A model generated the notes under the pieces. The model was not told the DNA's origin. It saw only the letters and a list, made by a program, of their open reading frames with translations, and made no database searches. Of a DNA stretch of 44,597 bases, positions 40,473 through 44,597 are shown piece by piece. This DNA is from a virus. Position numbers and translations under genes: made by a program. The DNA lies in the IMG/VR virus record IMGVR_UViG_3300000970_000003; one strand, 5' to 3'. The first letter of the stretch is position 1; the number at the start of each line of letters is the position of its first letter.

Positions 40473-40862
40473 TTAGTCATCCTTTTTCGGAGTCGTAGTC
40501 TCTTTAATAAACTGAAGCTGATCGTCGATAGCTTGAGCAATACCCACGCGGTCGTCTTTCAATTTCCATGATTTCAAGAGCTCTACATCATAAGTTTCTT
40601 TAATAATTTTAGAAGCTGAAGGGATAGTATAATCCTCTAATCCTTCTTTTTTTGACGGCTTATCGTCTACGGTCTGCCCTTTGACCTCAAGTATACCCTC
40701 TTCATCTAGATATCTTTTCACGACAGGGTGTTGTAAAGCCAAACTCCAGTCTTCCTTTGTAACTTCATTTACTCCTGGAAGTAGCTGAATAGGCTTAACT
40801 GTGTTGGTTTTGTCTTTAGCGTGAATAGTTAAAACATTTGATTTCGTCCATTTAATTAGCAT
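40473..40862 (-). CDS. hypothetical protein
   Basis: 129-aa ORF, the first gene after the terminator, preceded by a leader-like sequence. Confidence 0.55.
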   Translation of the reverse strand: MLIKWTKSNVLTIHAKDKTNTVKPIQLLPGVNEVTKEDWSLALQHPVVKRYLDEEGILEVKGQTVDDKPSKKEGLEDYTIPSASKIIKETYDVELLKSWKLKDDRVGIAQAIDDQLQFIKETTTPKKDD

Positions 40863-40903
40863 TGTAGTTTCTCCTCATACTCGTGATCGTATTAGACTGT
40901 TTT

Positions 40904-40936
40904 AAAAAAAAGAAGGGTTTTTTTAAACCCCTCTGT
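40904..40936 (-). terminator. rho-independent terminator after the capsid genes
   Basis: Minus strand reads GAGGGGTTT-AAAA-AAACCCTTC followed by T8. That is a 9-bp stem with one G-U pair. Confidence 0.7.
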
Positions 40937-40941
40937 TCGGT

Positions 40942-41181
40942 TTACTTCTCTTCTTTAAGGAACTCGTCCTTGAAGAGCTTTTCAATGCGCTTGTCCTTTT
41001 TAGCTAACTCAAGCTTCGCAGGATCAACTTCGTTCTTACCAGCAGTAAGATAGATATTTCCTAAGACTTTGCCTTCTTTAACTACAGGAAGCGTGAAAGA
41101 AGATTTAGCAACTACAGTCACTGTATCTTTCTTCTTAACAACCTTTTTAGGTGCTTCTTTCTTTTTAGTTTCTTCAGCCAT
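40942..41181 (-). CDS. small Lys-rich protein downstream of the major capsid gene
   Basis: 79-aa ORF with an AAAGGAGAAT Shine-Dalgarno, followed by the terminator. Confidence 0.55.
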   Translation of the reverse strand: MAEETKKKEAPKKVVKKKDTVTVVAKSSFTLPVVKEGKVLGNIYLTAGKNEVDPAKLELAKKDKRIEKLFKDEFLKEEK

Positions 41182-41275
41182 TTCTATTCTCCTTTAAAAT
41201 GGTGCCGGGGTTCGGGTATCTCACCCCTCATTTTATCGCTAGGCACATAAAGCGCCTAACTCCCCAGCATGAGGT

Positions 41276-42187
41276 TTATGCTAAATCAGCGTAAGCCGCA
41301 GATAGAGGGTAGTAGAAAAGAACGCCCGCAATTCTCTCATGACAAGGAACTTTGAAAGCCATTCCACGCTGCTCAACTTCGAACTGCTCAAAATCTTGTG
41401 GGATTTCAAGAGTTAAAGCATCTGGATCTCTTCTGTAAGCAATTGCTCTTTTAACGCCTACTCCACCACCGTCTTTCAGCTCTTCAAGCCAATCAACTGA
41501 TGAAATGAATGGGTTATTCTGCAAGAAATACTGAAGAATAGTCGTATCGGAGTTATCAGAACGAGGAGTGCTCGCAATGTGAGTGTAGTCTTCGATTGGA
41601 AGTAAAAGAGTATCAGGAGTCTCTACACCGTTTGAAACATTGATCGGGTTGTTTGCCAAAGCGTTTAGGTTAGCTAAAGCTTGAGCTGGAGTAAGTGTGC
41701 TAAATGCACCAGCATTAGGCAATACTACAACAGGAACATTCGGGTTGTTGAAAAGGCCAAGAAGACCGTAAGTAGCCTCACCGAAATAAGCGATTTTGTT
41801 CTCAAGCTGGTCGATTGCTCTTTTAGCTGAGTTTGCTTTTCTCTGAGTTAAAGGCTTTCTTGCAGCAGCAGCCGCACGGATTTCTTGAACACTGTACTGG
41901 TAAGCAGAACCTAAAGATTTTACTTTTGCTGTGAACTCTTTACCAACAACGTCAGCAGCTTTGAAGTCAGTAGAGTAATCTCTAACAACTTTAGCTAGTC
42001 CAACTTGGTCGTACTGCTCATAAGTGATTGTTTCAGCGGCAGGGCCAGCTTCGAATGATGTAGGAATGATTTGTCTAGCTTTTAGGCTAGTAGTCTTTAC
42101 ATCGTAGGCTTTTGTTTTGATGTGCTCAAGCTCTCTTGCGAAGAAGACACTTTCACCTGCATCAAGTTTTTCAAATTTCTTATCCAT
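41276..42187 (-). CDS. major capsid protein (DUF2184-like, HK97/encapsulin fold)
   Basis: 303 aa. The N-terminal ESVFFARELEHIKTKAYD and the gene order DUF2213 - small gene - this gene match DUF2184 capsid modules from memory. Confidence 0.7.
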   Translation of the reverse strand: MDKKFEKLDAGESVFFARELEHIKTKAYDVKTTSLKARQIIPTSFEAGPAAETITYEQYDQVGLAKVVRDYSTDFKAADVVGKEFTAKVKSLGSAYQYSVQEIRAAAAARKPLTQRKANSAKRAIDQLENKIAYFGEATYGLLGLFNNPNVPVVVLPNAGAFSTLTPAQALANLNALANNPINVSNGVETPDTLLLPIEDYTHIASTPRSDNSDTTILQYFLQNNPFISSVDWLEELKDGGGVGVKRAIAYRRDPDALTLEIPQDFEQFEVEQRGMAFKVPCHERIAGVLFYYPLSAAYADLA

Positions 42188-42204
42188 TTTAATATCTCCT
42201 TCTA

Positions 42205-42705
42205 TTAGATTAAGTTAAGTTCCAAGATAGCGATACCGTCAGCAGCTAATCCGCCTCTAGTCCACCTTGCGATTGATGAAATGTCCGTTGTGTTTGCTCC
42301 GTCAGCAGATGGTCTGAAAGCGCCTAGCTTTTCATTTCCTGCAGCAGAAATTCTTACGTGAACTGGATCTCCGTAAGCAACGTCCTCTTCGATAGCAACC
42401 CAGATATAGCCCTTTTTAAGAACATTTACTGAATCTTGTGCTGGATAGCTTGGAGCGTCTCCGTCTCTTTGAGACTCTACAGCGTGTGTAGAAGCAACGA
42501 TACCTTCGATAAGTTTAAGGTCAGAGATCGCAGCATCTGGATGCTTGATCAAATCTTCGTTAGCGCCATCTCTGATCACTAAGTGACCGAAATAAGATTT
42601 AGCGTTTTGTGTTTTTGTTCTGATGTCTTCTGGAGCGAACGGCTCAGCGATTAAACCAACTCTTCCCTCTAGATTCTCTCTTCTTGGTGCAATAGTTTGA
42701 CTCAT
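42205..42705 (-). CDS. capsid-associated protein (decoration- or scaffold-like)
   Basis: 166-aa ORF between the protease/scaffold gene and the major capsid gene. Confidence 0.45.
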   Translation of the reverse strand: MSQTIAPRRENLEGRVGLIAEPFAPEDIRTKTQNAKSYFGHLVIRDGANEDLIKHPDAAISDLKLIEGIVASTHAVESQRDGDAPSYPAQDSVNVLKKGYIWVAIEEDVAYGDPVHVRISAAGNEKLGAFRPSADGANTTDISSIARWTRGGLAADGIAILELNLI

Positions 42706-42717
42706 TTTTAATTCCCC

Positions 42718-43920
42718 TTATTTAGTTAAAGTAAAGCCTAATGGTTGTTTCCACGCCTCAGAATCCTTCTTCATGTTAGCAACGCGAGCTGCTTCAGGAG
42801 TCGTGATCTTAGCGTCTTCTTCATCTGTCTTAGTTTTGTTTGATAAAGCCTTTTTGATGTCGTCATCAGACTTAGTCTCTTTAGAAGTTTCTGACATTAC
42901 GTGGTCAAATCTGCCTTCAATGTAAGCTTCTGACTTACCTTCTAGCTCAATACCATCGCATTTTTTAACTAAAACGGCTTTCATGATTTCAAGGTTCGAC
43001 ATTTCGTCTAGCTTAACCTCATCTTTTTCATCGAAAACAGGAGTTACTTTTGATAGGAAAGCAGTCTTCGCAGCTACTAGAGCGTTGATTTCCTTTTCAT
43101 CCATCTTAGCTTCTTCAGCTTTCTTAAGATCAGAAGTTAAAGCATCGATTTTAGCTTGCGCCGCATCTTCCTTTTTCTTCATCTCTTCTTCCATGTCCTT
43201 TTCTTTCTTCTTCATGCCATCTTCATGGGCTTTCAGGATCGCAGCTTGAATTGGAGCAGCTACAGAGCTGTCTACTTTAAACTCGATTCCATCCAGCTTG
43301 ATTGTAGCTGTATTCATTGTTTTGTCCTCCCGTTGGGGTTTGTTATTATTTTCATCGTCAAAGTGACCATCATCCAATACTGCATCGCCTGCGTCTAGGT
43401 GTAATTTAACCTTTGGACCAGCTCTGCCCCTGTCGACCACTGCCAGGTGATTATATACAATGTTTTTTTGGATAGCATCGTACTTTTCACCTTCTGGAGT
43501 CTCGCCAGGTGTGAAGTCCATATCACAAACATATCCACAGCTCACCTGTGAAATACCTTTTTGCTCAATTTCTTCAATCATGTCTTCGTGGGATATAGTG
43601 ACAGAGGTTTCAACGAACTCGTCTGTCTTTTTAACTATATCTGAAGTGAAGCCAACCGTGAGAGCCTTAGCGTTTTTTGAATTCACCATTTCTTTAGGAT
43701 GACGGTTAGTTACCGGAACCCCTGCGAGTGAATCTAAAGATGCTTTGCTAAAAACTTCCTGTGGGGGACGATACTCCCTCACGATTGTGCCATCTGCTTT
43801 TAAATATTTGAAAACGCCTGTTCTGGTAGCGTACACCGGGGCTTTTAAAAAGCCATTGTCTAATTTTTTAGCCTTACCTAGAGGTCTAAAATCAAATCGT
43901 GCGAATCTCGTTTTACTCAT
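42718..43920 (-). CDS. prohead protease/scaffold protein (DUF2213-like N-terminus with a K/E-rich coiled-coil C-terminus)
   Basis: NGFLKAPVYATRTGVFKYL...VREYRPPQEVF...LAGVPVTNRHP fits DUF2213 as I recall it. The C-terminal half is a charged coiled coil. Confidence 0.6.
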   Translation of the reverse strand: MSKTRFARFDFRPLGKAKKLDNGFLKAPVYATRTGVFKYLKADGTIVREYRPPQEVFSKASLDSLAGVPVTNRHPKEMVNSKNAKALTVGFTSDIVKKTDEFVETSVTISHEDMIEEIEQKGISQVSCGYVCDMDFTPGETPEGEKYDAIQKNIVYNHLAVVDRGRAGPKVKLHLDAGDAVLDDGHFDDENNNKPQREDKTMNTATIKLDGIEFKVDSSVAAPIQAAILKAHEDGMKKKEKDMEEEMKKKEDAAQAKIDALTSDLKKAEEAKMDEKEINALVAAKTAFLSKVTPVFDEKDEVKLDEMSNLEIMKAVLVKKCDGIELEGKSEAYIEGRFDHVMSETSKETKSDDDIKKALSNKTKTDEEDAKITTPEAARVANMKKDSEAWKQPLGFTLTK

Positions 43921-44597
43921 CTAATAAATCCTCTATGATCGGTTCAGCATAACATCTACAGTTGATCGGTTCTCCTGGGTTTCCATCCGACGGGGGTTTA
44001 TCCCAGCTGAATATTTTACCTTCCCGATCCTGGTGTGATGACCTCACCCTTTCATCTAAGCTTGTCCTCCATCGATACCTAGTGACACCGACTTCCTGTT
44101 GTCTGAGCTGGTTTAATTGACCGTTAAACTTATTAACTTGGTCTCTCGCAATCAACTCTGCCCTTCGTTTACTCACTCCGGATCTAGCTGCTATATTCTT
44201 AGCAATATCCTTCGCGGTCAAACCCTGACGTGCTCCACGAAATACAACTTCTTGAATCTCGTTGAAGTATCTATCATCGACTGACTTGATCAAGGCTACG
44301 TTCTGCTCCACGAAATTGTCAATCTGCGACTTTAACCATGCCTCCCTTGAAAAAGGATCCACCGAAAGAGCCGTTTTAAATACTCCTCTAAATTGTGACA
44401 GATTATGAGCATTCACCGCAAGTCCAACATTTCTGAGTATGGCCCGAAGGTCAGTGTCTCCGACCAGGCCTAAGAACCTAATCTTGATCCCGTTTATGAT
44501 TAAAAATACATCATCTGAAAGGCTATCGTTGGTGGGGAGCAATTGTCTCTGCTCCCTTAGACTACCTTCCAGTGTTGGGATGAAGTCGTTTTCAACT
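43913..44597 (-). CDS. MuF-like head morphogenesis protein, C-terminal part (N-terminus at 234..1 across the junction)
   Basis: YRWRTSLDERVRSSHQDREGKIF...NCRCY is the Phage_Mu_F/SPP1 gp7 signature. The reading frame stays open to the window end. Confidence 0.85.
   Translation of the reverse strand, partial: VENDFIPTLEGSLREQRQLLPTNDSLSDDVFLIINGIKIRFLGLVGDTDLRAILRNVGLAVNAHNLSQFRGVFKTALSVDPFSREAWLKSQIDNFVEQNVALIKSVDDRYFNEIQEVVFRGARQGLTAKDIAKNIAARSGVSKRRAELIARDQVNKFNGQLNQLRQQEVGVTRYRWRTSLDERVRSSHQDREGKIFSWDKPPSDGNPGEPINCRCYAEPIIEDLLDE
44549..44597. repeat. second copy of the 49-bp terminal repeat
   Basis: Identical to 1..49. Confidence 0.95.

Noticed and set aside
40866-40895. Sequence resembling the T7 class III promoter (minus strand CTAATACGATCACGAGTATGAGGAGA versus TAATACGACTCACTATAGGGAGA)
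   Set aside because: The genome has no ORF large enough or similar enough to be a single-subunit RNA polymerase, and the match decays after TAATACGA. It is better explained as a copy of the conserved ACGA-type leader.

Overview
The window is a complete tailed-phage genome that was linearised arbitrarily. Bases 1-49 are identical to bases 44549-44597, so the unique length is 44,548 bp, and one gene (MuF-like head morphogenesis) reads in frame across the junction. About 80 genes are tightly packed, often with ATGA/TAATG overlaps. All lie on the minus strand except one ParB-domain/DNA-methyltransferase gene.

Following minus-strand transcription, the layout is:
- Early/middle region (about 18257 down to 3500): a RecE/RecT-like recombination pair, a replication initiator with an internal iteron array, a KH-domain RNA-binding protein, a RecU-like resolvase, HNH nucleases, RHH and HTH regulators, and many small zinc-ribbon or acidic proteins.
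- Packaging and head: HNH, TerL, portal, a DUF2384-like small protein, MuF (across the junction), a DUF2213-like protease/scaffold and a DUF2184-like major capsid protein.
- Contractile tail: neck proteins, sheath, tube, chaperones, tape measure, and baseplate hub, spike, W-, J- and I-like proteins.
- A fibre region interrupted by a block of Sec-exported cysteine-rich proteins plus the lysis cassette.

No integrase, DNA polymerase, RNA polymerase, tRNA, CRISPR array or reverse transcriptase was seen.

The points most worth follow-up are:
- the exported Cys-rich island next to the lysis genes;
- a bipartite palindromic motif repeated at six early intergenic sites;
- a conserved leader next to the Shine-Dalgarno sequence of five genes;
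- an 11-bp-phased iteron array inside the initiator gene;
- an antitoxin-like DUF2384 gene overlapping the MuF gene.

All family assignments come from motif recognition by eye and from memory; no searches were run. The host could not be identified.
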